A DNA stretch of 64,000 nt from Podarcis melisellensis. Taxonomy: Eukaryota. Each line of letters begins with the position of its first letter. Position 1 is the first letter of the stretch. The position numbers and the translations under genes are program-made. The DNA lies in NCBI GenBank assembly GCA_964234715.1, contig OZ174284.1. One strand, given 5' to 3'. The notes below the pieces were generated by a model that worked only from the letters and a program-made list of their open reading frames with translations, made no database searches and was not told the origin of the DNA. Below, piece after piece: positions 49,561 to 62,489 of this stretch.

Positions 49561-50655
49561 ATTTATGTGAAACAAAACTCAGAAAAGTAGCTATGGCAGG
49601 CTGCCATGGGTTTTGGTAGACTTGGGCCTCCAAGGACAGCTGTAAGTAATTGAAAGATGGCTCTTGGGGAATTGTCAGTCACTGTATAATGAGCCCCAGG
49701 TGAGAGGAAGATGGGGCTGATTAACAATAACAAATCTTCAGCCAGAGTAAGCTTGAAGAGGATGTTAGAGAGTCTGGTGGTCTCTGATCAGGATTATTGA
49801 ACAAAAAATATAAAGCTGAATAAAGGGTTGTCCAGTAAATGAAATCTTATTCTGGAACCAAGAACTGGAAAATTAATGCATTCAGAGAATCAGGAAGCAT
49901 TTTTGAAGGTTATAAATCCAAGTGTATGAACTTATGGGTAAAGGTTTTCCTTTGAAAATATGTACTTCAATGAGGGATGGATCTACACACGGGGGGCGGA
50001 AACCACTATAAATAAGCTATAATTTAAATCGTTATAACAAAAGAAAAAAACCCACTATGTAAAATTACATAGAAAAGTTTTGTGCTCTACAGTGTCAACT
50101 GGTGTTGCATACTTATAACACATTTGAAATGCTGTTTTTCGACTAATGTAGCTGATTCCAATATGATGGTTCGGTGCTGATAGAATGAGGTCACCCCTCT
50201 GAGGTGCATCATGCTCTGACTTTGCTCTTTCTTTGCTGACAGGTGAAAATACACCTTTCAGGAGGGATAAAGTGCATTAGGTACCGATAGCACCTTCTGT
50301 CACACTGTCCTGATTTCTGATTTTGTTGCTGCGGTTTTATCGCAGATGTTTACTATCAATTGTTTCTTGATGATGTTGATTTTTATTTATCTTGTTGTTG
50401 TATTATTGTATTTGTATTTTCTCCCCTGGAAACATTGGGTGAAGAACAGACTATAAATGCTTGCAATAAATAATACGTTAGTTTTGGCCATCCAGTAAAT
50501 TCAGCATGGCATTTTTACAATTAAAACATTATAACCAGTGAACATAAACAAGTTCCAAGGCCATGTAACTCTAAACATGATGAAGACATGAACAGCTATT
50601 TCAGATAAGTGTTTTGTCGTCATCTACAGAGGCAAAGAGCGTTTGCTCAAGATGG

Positions 50656-50657
<2 letters not shown>

Positions 50658-50691
<34 letters not shown>

Positions 50692-50702
50692 ACACACACA
50701 CA
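50658..50702. repeat. (CA)n microsatellite; others at 29971-29993 (CA) and 55984-56011 (CTGC)
   Basis: Direct reading. Confidence 0.9.
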
Positions 50703-53610
50703 ACTGGCAAGTCTGCAGCAGGGGAACTATGACATCCCAATTCAGACATAATGACCAAAAAAACCTGACACTAATTTTGAAATGGCTTTACAGTATTATA
50801 TGGATTATATGAAGACAGGAAAAACATCTTCGAATGGCTAAAGACCACTTGTAGAAAGATGGTTACACACTTCTGCACTAGCACATGCACAAATAAACAT
50901 AGACTTGCACAAACTATCTTGCTATTTTCAAAATAAATACCCCAGGTATGGACAAAGGCAAGGTGGGGATGCCTACTTTATTGACTGATCTATCTGCAAG
51001 TCATAATTTAAGAATGGAACAAAATAGATAAGTTGCCTCTTTTTCTTCCCAGAATGAGGCAAAACAAAGACTCCTGCATTCCTCTTCCCCATACAAAAAA
51101 GAGATATCTTTTTTCTATCTGTTTTTAGCAGCAACTCTTTTAAATAGGTTTTGGATTTTGGTGAATTATGGCACAATACACTCTGGCCCACACAGCTGCT
51201 TATGCAGCCAGGTTCTCCCATCAGAAAACATTAATAAACCAAGCTTTGTTCATGTCCCCCAGAAACTCCCATTCCTGACTGACACAGCCTACTCGGACAT
51301 GCATGGGAATCAGCGGAGAAAGAAAAGGCAGGATCAGATTAATAAAGGCTATGGTGACCTTGCAAGAACCCACATGGCAAGTGAGCGAAGGTCTCAATTT
51401 GCCTATTGAGAGAGGACCAAGGGTTTCTTACCCCTGCTGTTTATAAAGAATTATACATGATGGAGCAGGGAGGCTGCGTTTCTAAATGCATTCACTTCAA
51501 ATAGAATTTTAATATCACTGCACTATGTGATAAAACGGTGAATGCAATGTGCTGTAAACAAAAGCACATAACAAACAAGCTTAGCACTCCAGGATAAATC
51601 ATCAGTTGAATCAAGTCAAATACTCCTTTGTAGAGCAACAGACCACAACTCTATCAAAGGCTGCTTTAAAGCCCACTACATAGCCATGAGGTCAAATTCT
51701 GCCTTTCCATCTACAAGTTTAAACCTCGTTTACTTCAATTGGAATTGTACATGCATGAAGAGGACAAAAGCCCTTTCATTTGTGCATACTAAATGATAGA
51801 ATGCATGTTAGAAGGATCTTCTCAGTCTCCAAGTTAAAGAGATAGAAAAATGGTGTGTTGAAAACATTTTACAGCTTGGCAATAAGGTGTGCTGACTCTG
51901 AAAACAATAACCTGTGCTCATTGCTTAACAAAAACAATATTAAACACACACACACAAAAGGAAACATGGAGGCAATCAACTGGAACATGGCAGGCACAAA
52001 AAGAACAATGTGTAGATTTTACCCTGGATCATGTTCTGGACCTAACCACTAGCCTAAAATTTGGGTTAAGAAACATTTAGCATTGGACAGCAAAGCAAGT
52101 TTTACTAACCAGGTCACATAATAGGATTAATGCATATATACCAGGGCTTTCCAAGCCATGAAATTTTGTGCATGTACTCATGTATGCAATGATACCGTTA
52201 CCCTTCTAACTTTACTATCTGTTAATATAATCAGTTCAAAATTCTATGAATGGAAAGACCTTTGGAATGAATGTGAGCTCTTTAAATATTACCAAAAGAG
52301 GAACAGTTGCTGAAGGCTATCTTAAATAAACAAGACTTAAAACAGTAGAATACAAAATGGCAGAACAACACTCCTTGGAAGAAGAATGTCAGATTTCAGG
52401 ACAGTTTTACTTGTTTGCCTAGGGAAGGGGTGGCGAGATTCTTGTCTATGAGCCAAATGTAGCTGGGCATGGGACCCTAATAGACCCATGAGGTCATTTC
52501 CCCAAAGCCACTTTCACCTACACCCAAAAGGTAATGATAGGGCAGCTTCAGCTTGGATGAAAATGATTTTCAATCTGGTTTCAAGTCTGGTTTGGGGTAC
52601 TCAAACTGCTTGGTGACCTGTGCTGGGAGAGGAACAGGCAAGAAAAATGTTGATCCTCTTTGACATCTTGGTGACTTTTGACACCATTTACCGCACTGGG
52701 GCTACTGCCAAAGGGTGGGACACAAAACTCTTAAATAAAGAACTAAATGTATTTGATAAGTCTTTCTTCCACTTCTTGCTTTCTTGATGACTCATTTAAT
52801 CACATCAGTCAAATTGCACATATCTTGTCATGCATATATTCCCAGGTCACACAGAGAAGCCCCATCCCCAGACACTTCACAACTTATTGCCAAGAGCTTC
52901 ACTGGTTAAACTAGTTCCCATTATGCCCAGTAATACTGGTATTATTACTGCCTTGCAATGCATGTCATGGAAGGCTTAGACCAGTCAATAAGCTATATAA
53001 GAAATGTATCATCTCTCCTCAACAATATCAAAACAGCAACAGGAAATTCCTGAGTCCGCTCAGATACCGCAAAGTTCAGTGCCACCTAGGGACATACAAT
53101 TACACTATTTACTGAGTATATCACTAAACTATTACTATATAATTGGTTCTATATGTAAGCACCAGTTAGGCGCAATCACTAACTCAAATACTAAATGACA
53201 AGCAAGTTGTTACCCACATATATTCATGTAAAATTCTTACATCAACTAGTTTGTTACAACAGCTTTCTGTCTACAACTACTACTACTTTAATGAAGTTTC
53301 ACATAACTCCAACACTAATTCTACCGTATAAAGTGAAAATATGTAGTTTGTTACGTTATAGTGTGCATTATCTAATACTATTGTGGCTAACAGCTTCAAC
53401 AACAAAAGTTGTGAAGTTGAAAGCAACTTCACAAATAGTCTTTAAAGCAATTCCTAATACTTTGAGGGTTTTTACAATCAAGTGGTTATAAAATTCTGAT
53501 GCACAGCCCACCGATTCAAAACTGAAACAAAATAAACAAAGGGATTCAAGGAAAACATACCATGCAGTAAAGATTAGTGTGAAAATGTTTGTCAAATTCT
53601 TAATTCTAGA

Positions 53611-53779
53611 CAGTGGCGTAGCATGGGTTGAGAGCACCCGGGGCAAGGCAAGTAATTTGCACCCCCTAACCCGTGGATTTGTGCCCCCTAACCCGTGGAT
53701 TTGCGCCCCCTAACCCTAACCCCCAGATGTTGCGCCCGGTGCGGCCGGGCCCCCCTGCACCCCCCACGCTACGCCACTG
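53611..53779. mobile_element. hAT-type MITE with CCCTAA-containing internal repeats
   Basis: Perfect TIR CAGTGGCGTAGC/GCTACGCCACTG and perfect 8-bp TSD ATTCTAGA. Confidence 0.92.
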
Positions 53780-56314
53780 ATTCTAGAGCAATAATTGTGT
53801 TGTAGCAAAAACAGCAAAGAGTTTTATGGTGTCTTAAAGACTAACAGCTTTATTGGGGTATAAGCTTTCATGGACAAAAACCCACTTAATAAGAATAAAG
53901 GCACTGGTGGGAATTACTCCAGTGATGAACTCCATATTTGTATTAAATGAGAAAAAGAATACCTGTGACTGACTTTTTTCTGTAGATAAGGATAACACAT
54001 TACGATAAAATAACTGCTAATACTTGGGGGGCGGGGCGGGGAGAACAACACCCAGTTGTGTAGCAGAAAATTCCCCAATGCTTTATTTTTCCAAGGTAAA
54101 TTCTTTATTTTTGAAGTTCCTCAGTAACAATGAACGGGTACGAATTGCAAATAAATATTATGCAATATGATTAGTTACAAAGTAGTTAGCTTTGTTGACG
54201 AAATACAAGTAAAACAAACATGCTGAAATAAATAACCTTCTAGGGTCTCAGACCTTTTTCCAATGAAAACTGAAAATCTACAATACAAATTACTATATGC
54301 AAATTTACTTAGGAAAATTTTCTAATTCAAAATTATGGACTCAACTAAAAATTGCAATGATTACTAACAATGTGATCCTGACCTATGGTATCACAAACAC
54401 CATTTAGACATAAATCTTGAGCCCTAACATTTTCTGTAATGGAGAACTACAAAGACACCACAGAGCCAAACCTCCTAGCAGACCTCGCAAACAATAAATA
54501 TTGAATCTTTAACTAAAGTGGCAGCTCCTAGATTTTAAAGTATGAAGCCACATCACTGGAAATGTGTTTTATTGTAGAAAAGTAACTCAGTCATCAGACT
54601 CTCATCAATGCTGAAGATTGCATGCTCACTGCTTTTCATGAAGGTTGTTTAATAAAGAAATAAAGAAATAAAGAAATAACTCATACTGTTTTGTCAAAAC
54701 TGGACAGAGTAACAGCTCCTGCAGGAGAAATATCCAACTTTCGACTCGGACGTGCCACAAATACTATACCACCTGATTCTAATACCACATTTCCCACCTA
54801 CTAGATTGTCTGAAGGCATTTTCAGTAGGGCTGTGTCATTTCTATGTTTAGAACATGATCTTACAGACCACAGGCATCTAGCAGACTATGAGTATCAAAT
54901 AATTATTTAGCAGCAGCAGCGGTGGTAGTAGCAGCACTATAGTCATTTTGACCCTATATAACAAAATGGATCATTCGCCGTGCAGTAACCCTTCCTTAAG
55001 GTTCGCAGAGTATATCATGACGACACAAATGAGACCCAGACCTATATAGATCAAGTAAGGGTAGACCCATAATGAGTGAACCAAGTGCTTCTGGGCGGAT
55101 AATTAATTTTGGAGGAGATAAATTGGGGGGAATACATTTAAGATGGCTTTTCCTAGATGATTTGGGAGTGATGGAGAAGCATTGGTCAAATGAAATTAAG
55201 AGTTATTTGGAGCAGGACCTGTGAGGAAATTAGTTTTGGGTAAATGAATTAAAAGATGAATGGATTTCAGGTGAACTAGGGTGGGATGCAAATGAACTTA
55301 CTATGAATTAACTGAATATATAGGGGTTATCCTGATCGAAAATTAGTGAGTTTGCCTTCTGTAACATTTAAATTATATATTTGCATACACAGATAAAACT
55401 TGGCATATGCAGATATTATGCAGATTTGTGTCTACGGGTCTGTGCCCTGTATCTTTCAAGCAACTAGCAATACCCTAGGACCATTTAGAGATGGAAAGCT
55501 GATATCTTAACCACATATAGCAGAATTAGATCCACAACATCTGGAACTATGGAAAAGTGAGGTAATATTTGACCATAAAACTGGTTTAATTACAGGTAAG
55601 ATGTTTCACCAAATTTATTGTGTCTGCCAAGAGTAACACCAGATTCTCCAAGAAGCCAGGTCTTTTACATTAGGAAAGGACTCTGTCCTATTGAAGAAAG
55701 ACTGCATTGTGGTCAATTGTATACTTCACTCTGCCTTTCTTAACAGACTTTGGTGACAACTAAGTTTAATAAGAATTAATATATTTTACCTCTTTGTTTC
55801 CTCTCTGGACTATGTTTAAGAGGCCATTTTGATCCACCTGCAGCCACTGAAATCCTCAGCAGATCTGGTTGCCCATTTCTGTAGGAAGCTAAAACTGACC
55901 AATGAAGTGAAAGTAAAAGAAAAATATAAAACTTAGAAAAATGTAGTTAGCTTGTGGTGTCTAGAATGAATTCTAAATTATGTCTGCCTGCCTGCCTGCC
56001 TGCCTGCCTGCAAATGATCAGGCACATGTGTCATTGCACATAACTCCTGTGTCCTTTGGTTACAGCACTGATACATATTTCCATTTTTCCCCTTAGCTCC
56101 CTTTTCAGTCATTCCCTTCTAACATCTGCATGCCAGAACGTATGCACATTGCATGACTGAATCACATCTTTAAGAAATGTTTCTAGTTAGCCCACAGCAT
56201 TTATTCAAGAAGTACTTATCATATGCTTAGAACCCCTTCAGTGTGTTTGTGTGTGCGCGCACACACAGCAAAAACACTGCCATGTAAGCTGCTTGACAGT
56301 GGAATGGTCTCCTT

Positions 56315-56464
56315 CAGGAGGTTGTGGTCTCTCCTTCCTTGGAGGTTTTTAAGCAGAGGTAGAATGGCCATCTGTCATGGATGCTGTAGCTGAGATTCCT
56401 GCAATGCAGGGGGTTGGACTAGATGACCCTTGGGGTCCCTTCCAACTATTCTATGATTCTATGA
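56315..56464 (+). mobile_element. CR1 LINE 3' end
   Basis: GGTTGGACTAGATGACC...GGTCCCTTCCAAC with (ATTCTATG)n tail; related pieces at about 8065-8125 and 58735-58815. Confidence 0.85.
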
Positions 56465-58134
56465 AGAAAATGTTATATACAATGGTATGTTTACACCTGG
56501 CAACCTATACATAGATTTTCATTAGATGTGCTTTCCACAGAGGAATTTTGTCATATCTGAAGCAGTGCTTGTAGAAGTGCCCTCTTAATAGTACACCCCT
56601 AAACGTGACTACTCAGAAGTAAATGACTTTTTGTTAAAAGGGGCTCACTCCCAGATAAGTACGTGTAATATTGCACACTGGAACCCGCAGTGAACAGTAA
56701 TGAATGTATCTCATTTATTTCAGGGTTGAGTACATATATTTGAGTGAAGGACTGCAGTCACTGCGCCTAGACCTTCAGTCCTGCCACTGCTATAAACTCT
56801 GTTTATTTAAACAGGCTTGGACAAATGCAGAATTATGATAATATACTCTACTCAAGTAACTATATATCTGATTATATTCAGGCAAATTGCATGCACATTC
56901 AGTATATGTTTGAAATCTTAGCTTGTAAATGTCTTGTAGGCTTTTTTAAGTCCTATTTTTTTCTTCCTCTGACATTTACAGCAATGATCCATTGCAGTTC
57001 CTCACAAATATGTGAAAGTGTGTGACATAATTGTCATCAAATCAATCAAAGGAACTTCTCATACTTCAATTGCAATAATGAAAGGAACTGTTCTCTAATG
57101 TATCAGGGTTTGGCACAAAATGAGGAAAGATTTTTTTCATCTGGAATCATTTTCACACTGCTTATTATATAATTATTGATATTAATATAACTAGCCTTCT
57201 ACAAAATAGGATTGCATCCCCATAACTCCAAAAAAATGATGCCACTTGATAATGACACAACTTGGTTATTGATATTTTGAATGATTTACAAATGCTGAAG
57301 ACATGGATTGGTTTGGATTTAATATCAAACTATGGTTTGGCGCTCTTGCAATCCTGGTTTGTCTGGTTTGGAAATACTTCCTCATATGGTGTAGAATGAA
57401 AACAGAATGCAGAACACTCATTAGGTAACAAAAGCATAAACATGGGTACTCACGAGGAACTCACAGGAAGAGAGATAGGGTAGAAAAAGATACATATTCC
57501 CCGCCCCAAAGTTAGAATATCCTTCAGAAGCTTGGAGGACCATTTCCACTAAACATTAGGTATTAAGTGCTGAGCCAATTCAAGACTACCTTTGCCTGGA
57601 GGGTACCAGTAGATTGAGAGGCCTTTAGAGCAAACATGGGAAATGTGTGGCTAGACTACAAATCACATCACCTCTGGCCCTGGGGTGGGAATAGGCAATA
57701 AAGATACAGTTTGATTCCACATAGCCAGAGTTAGAGTCCTGGCTGCCAAGGACCACACCTGTGTCCTAGATTTTTCTTGCAGCTTTAAAGTATGCTGAGA
57801 AGCTTTCTGCTGCCTTGTGAAAGAAGAACAAGGGTGAGGGAGGTGTCTGTCATGGGTAGAGACCATTATCAACCCTTTAGAATTCCCCCCCCCCCCGATT
57901 TCTCAACTTCTGTATTAAGAAGCATGGAAGGGAGGTTACAAGTAGGTTGATAATTACAGATTTTCTGTGTAGCAGACCCAGATTTGTCAAATAAAAAGGG
58001 TTTCTTTGACTACGTTCAAAGAAAGAGGAAGAAGAAGCAAGCAATAGGTCTCTTGAGTGAAGAAGATGGAGAAATGCTATTGGGTGACAGAAAGAAGGTG
58101 GAGCTGCCTCTCTCTTCACCCAAAATGAAATGGT

Positions 58135-58725
58135 AATGGTAATGATTATGTTATTTGTCCCAGCCACTCTGGGAGGCTTACAACAAATTATAAAAGTACA
58201 GAAAACATCAAACATTAAAAATTGCCTATACAGGGCTGCTTTCAGATGTTTTCTAGAAGTCAGATACAGTGGTACCTCAGGTTACATACGCTTCACGTTA
58301 CATACGCTTCAGGTTACAGACTCCACTAACCCAGAAATAGTGCTTCAGGTTAACAACTTTGCTTCACGATGAGAACAGATGAGAGCAGGAGGCCCCATTA
58401 GCTAAAGTGGTGCTTCAGGTTAAGAACAGTTTCAGGTTAAGTATGGACCTCCGGAACGAATTAAGTACTTAACCTGAGGTACCACTGTAGTTGTTTATTT
58501 CCACAGAGTGGGCAAAACTACAGAGAAGGTCCTCTGCCTGGTTCCCTGTAATCTCACTTTTCACAATGAGGGAACTGCCAGAAAGCCCCTGGAGCTGGAT
58601 CTCAATGTCCAGGCTGAATGATGGGGGATGGCGATGCTGCTTCAGGTATACAGGGCCGAAGCCCTTTGGGGCTTTAAATGTCAGCAGCAACACTTTGGAT
58701 TGTGCTCAGAAATGTGCTGGGAGTA
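58135..58725 (-). mobile_element. L2 LINE 3' fragment interrupted by a MITE
   Basis: Homologous to the 20636 copy. Confidence 0.75.
58267..58487 (-). mobile_element. Tigger/pogo-like MITE, copy 3, nested inside an L2 fragment
   Basis: Same TIR and TA TSD; flanks rejoin as L2 sequence AGTCAGATAGTTGTTTATTTCC. Confidence 0.85.
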
Positions 58726-59280
58726 ATGGATTCTTTAGCTGAGATTCCTGCACTGCAGAGGATTGGACTAAATGACTCTCCAGGTCCCCTCCAACTATCA
58801 ATTCAATGTTTCTATGAAATCTCTTTTTGTTGACTGATAATAGGCAACAGTGAAGCTAGAAGATACAACACTGTTAAATTATAACAAATAAGACAAACTG
58901 AAACCACAACAGCAATATCCTATTTTGAAGTTACAGTATGCTCATAATGTATCTCTTAGTATGCAGGTTTGCCAAAACGAAATTGAGAAATAGGGGCTGG
59001 AATAGTACTTAGGAAACAAACCAAAACGGCAAGCCACAAATTTTCACATCTTAAATATGCATAACTCTAGATCATAAATCTCAACACACTTTGAGCCATA
59101 AATGCACTTCAGCAAAGGGCCGGAAGAGATACTAGAACAACTACTGAAACATGTGTAAAGATTAAGCACCAATTGCACCATCAATTCTACTACCTAGGAA
59201 ATAATAGTAAATAAAATGAAATCCTAATGTGATTAATACCAATAATAAATAAAGGGGTTTTTTTGTAAATAATATAAACA

Positions 59281-59638
59281 AAGGTAAAGGTACCCCTGAC
59301 TGTTAGGTCCAGTTGCGGATGACTCTGGGGTTGCGCACTCATCTCGCTCTATAGGCCAAGGGAGCCGGCGTTTGTCCACAGACAGCTTCCGGGTCATGTG
59401 GCCAGCATGACTAAGCCGCTTCTGGCGAACCAGAGCAATGCACGGAAATGCCGTTTACCTTCCCACCAGAGCAGTACCTATTTATCTACTTGCACTTGAC
59501 GTGCTTTCAAACTACTAGTTGGGCAGGAGCTGGGGCTCAACAACGGAAGCTCAATCTGTCGCGGGGATTCGAACTTCCGACTTTCCAATCAGCAAGCCCT
59601 AGGCTCTGTGGTTCGGACCACAGCGCCACCCACATCCC
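59281..59638 (-). mobile_element. Full-length Sauria SINE
   Basis: Reverse complement of the 46653 copy; TSD AAATAATATAAA. Confidence 0.92.
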
Positions 59639-61125
59639 TGAAATAATATAAATAGCTTTCAATAAAAGAGCCAAATGGTTCTCAGGAAACAGTTAAAAGA
59701 CTAGAAAGCCAATCATTTCAACAGAAATTACCCAGGATACAATCCATTCCCCCTTTGCATTTAACCCATCACTTTTCATGCATGGGGATTTCTTCCCACT
59801 GACCCATCCCCTCTCAGCAGCCCTCCTGTGGCCAAAAACTGGACTCACAGGACATTTATACATGCTCAATGGCATATACTAAATGGACCTCAATTGGACA
59901 CATGCTCAATGGACCTTTCCATAACCCTCTGTTCACCTTAAGTACCAAAACACAGCTGGATCTCACAGTGGAAATGCCTTTGTAGGTTTAAATGGCTTGC
60001 AGAATATAGTCTATTTAACTCCATTCATCCATGTACCAGTAAAGCCTTATGTCAAAAAGTGTACAAAAGTGCAATAGCTAGATTCCCCCATTCTTTTCAA
60101 GATTCCAGCACTCAAAGAGTTTCAGTCTTCCATAGCTCAGATCTCAAACAAACTTCCTTAAAAAGAACTTAAAATGTTAGTTAATCTGTTGACATTGCTA
60201 AAAGTAGATCTGGACATAAATTAAGTCATAGCTGGAAATATGAAACACGGGCTGAAATTCAAAAGACCTGAGTTATTCCAGCAGCAGATGATGAATCCAC
60301 TTTTTTGACACGAATCTAGGCTCAGAAGGGCTAGCTGGCTGTAGAAAGTGCTCAAATATCACACCCATAGGCAACACAGTAACTTTTTAGAAAGCAGATA
60401 GCACATGGGACCTGAGAGTTCTGCTTCCAAGCCCTAGCACAGACTGTTGCATGGTCTTGGATACATCACTTCTCAGCCTTAATTTCCAATCTGTAAAAAA
60501 AAATACATGAATAAAGCCTTGCAATTTGCTAGTGGTGTGGAGCACTTTCCCTAGTGAGTAAGGCGGACAAAACTTGAAATGAAGTGACACACCGTGTATG
60601 TTGCAACGGTTCTTTATAATCCCTTCTGAGTTTGCAAAATCTCACAAAACAAAACACGAGTTTTTCAGCTGTTTTTAATGAAATTAACCAAAAGCTACAC
60701 TTCCTACATTTATGCGATTTCCAACATTTAACCGATTTCCGCCCAGACGCTGTTTAAAAAGGACATATGGCAACCCTATATAGTCCCATTGGAAAAGGTA
60801 TATTCTACTGAATTCCAGCATCATACTGTACTTTGGACGGAGAAAAGAGACTGCCAGAATCCCAAACCGCAACACAGTTTTGTTGCATTTTACAAAGTTC
60901 ATGATATCAGACAGAATGCCATTAAGGTAAATGTAGATATTATATATAAGCGCCATATATGTATCCCAAAGAGTATCATCTCTGTTTGAAGCCAACAGTG
61001 CTTCAGAATCTCTTTCCTTTATGGTCAGCAACCCATAAAATCTCCACTTCAACAGTCAGCTGTCCAACAAGTCCGCTCTCCCATTCAGACAGAACAAACC
61101 TGAATAAAAGAAACACAGTACTTAC

Positions 61126-61472
61126 CAAGCCACCACAAATGCTGAAGATTGCTGTGTGCATTTCCTGTGCATTAACATGCCCACGGTAGAAGCAGTGGCG
61201 CAAATCTGAGGGGGGCTGCCTTTCAGTGGCCCCCACATGTACTTCAATATAGTGAGGAGCGATGAAGCTGGTGTCAGCACTCAGATTCAGCTGGAAAACC
61301 TGTCCATAGGCACTGAGGCGGTAGTGAGTCCTGAAAGGGATGGGTTCCACACCTGTCTCCATGCTCCTTTTCCTCCTTTTGAAGTGGTGAGTATGAGGAA
61401 AAGTTTCTCCAAATTCATTCACCCGCGTGGGTGTCACTATTTCATAGGACGGCAGATGTTTCACCAAAGTCT
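61126..61472 (-). CDS. ADAMTS20: ADAMTS20 exon 2 (prodomain, RRKR furin site)
   Basis: ETLVKHLPSYEIVTPTRVNEFGE...DLRHCFYRG...SICGGL; acceptor ttgcag, donor GTAAGT. Confidence 0.96.
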
Positions 61473-61706
61473 CTGCAACAAAACAGCAAAGGTACACACT
61501 TTGAATATGGTGCAGATTCCTGATACAGGCATGGGCTCCATCACAGGCTAGACTTCCTATTCTTTGGGGAAACCAGTGCAATACAATCTGCCATTTTGAA
61601 AGCAGAGAGGTTGAGCAAATAATCTGCACATGCACCAACTCCAGATAGGATTGGGGCAAAAGCCCTGGTCAAGCACTTTGGCAATCCATTGCCAGTCAGT
61701 GTAGAC

Positions 61707-61842
61707 CAGGCATGGCCAAACTTGGCCCTCCAGCTGTTTTGGTACTACAATTCCTATCATCCCTGACCACTGGTCCTGTTAGCTAGGGATGATGGGAGTT
61801 GTAGTCCCAAAACAGCTGGAGGGCCAAGTTTCGCTATGCCTG
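61707..61842. mobile_element. hAT-Charlie-type palindromic MITE
   Basis: CAGGCAT...ATGCCTG ends, long internal inverted repeat, 8-bp TSD GTGTAGAC/GTGCAGAC. Confidence 0.85.
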
Positions 61843-62489
61843 GTGCAGACAGCAATAAGCTAAGTCGGCCCAATTCTCTGACTCAATCTTTCGGTCGTCA
61901 TGGTTTGAAAAAGATGTAGAAACTAACAATGGTGCAATACATGCATCATCAATATACAAAGGGCAAAAACAATGGCTTTTGCTTCACTCATACCTGACCT
62001 TCCTAACAATACAATACAGGCTATATTCTGGCTACGCTCCTACGCACCATTTTAAAACTTCAATACTGATGATGTTAAGTCACCAGATGAATAAAACCAG
62101 TCCAAAATCTCAGGGCTCTTTCTAGCATTCATTGGGTGCAAATTGATTAAAATTTGCTCAGAGTACACATACTAAAAATTAACGAGCCTAAGTTAATCAT
62201 GCTAATTCAGTGGGCTGACCCCCGAGTAAAATTTAGCTGAGTTAACACTGAAAGTCTGGCATATTCCAAAACACATCCTATGATACAAAACTGAGAAAAT
62301 GTTATTTCCTCAGGAGCTTATGAATTAATCCCGACGTCCATGCAAGAATAACAGAAGGCCAGCGAAAACAGGCACTGCTCCTCTTTGACACTGAATAACT
62401 AACTCCAAACACAACCCAGGACAAATGTCTTTCTTATGGGTGCCTGAAATGTTATTTGCTCTGGCCTATCTGCCACAGTGTAACCATGT

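Noticed and set aside
53660-53725. Interstitial telomere marking a chromosome fusion
   Set aside because: Only a few CCCTAA units, wholly inside a MITE with TIRs and TSD
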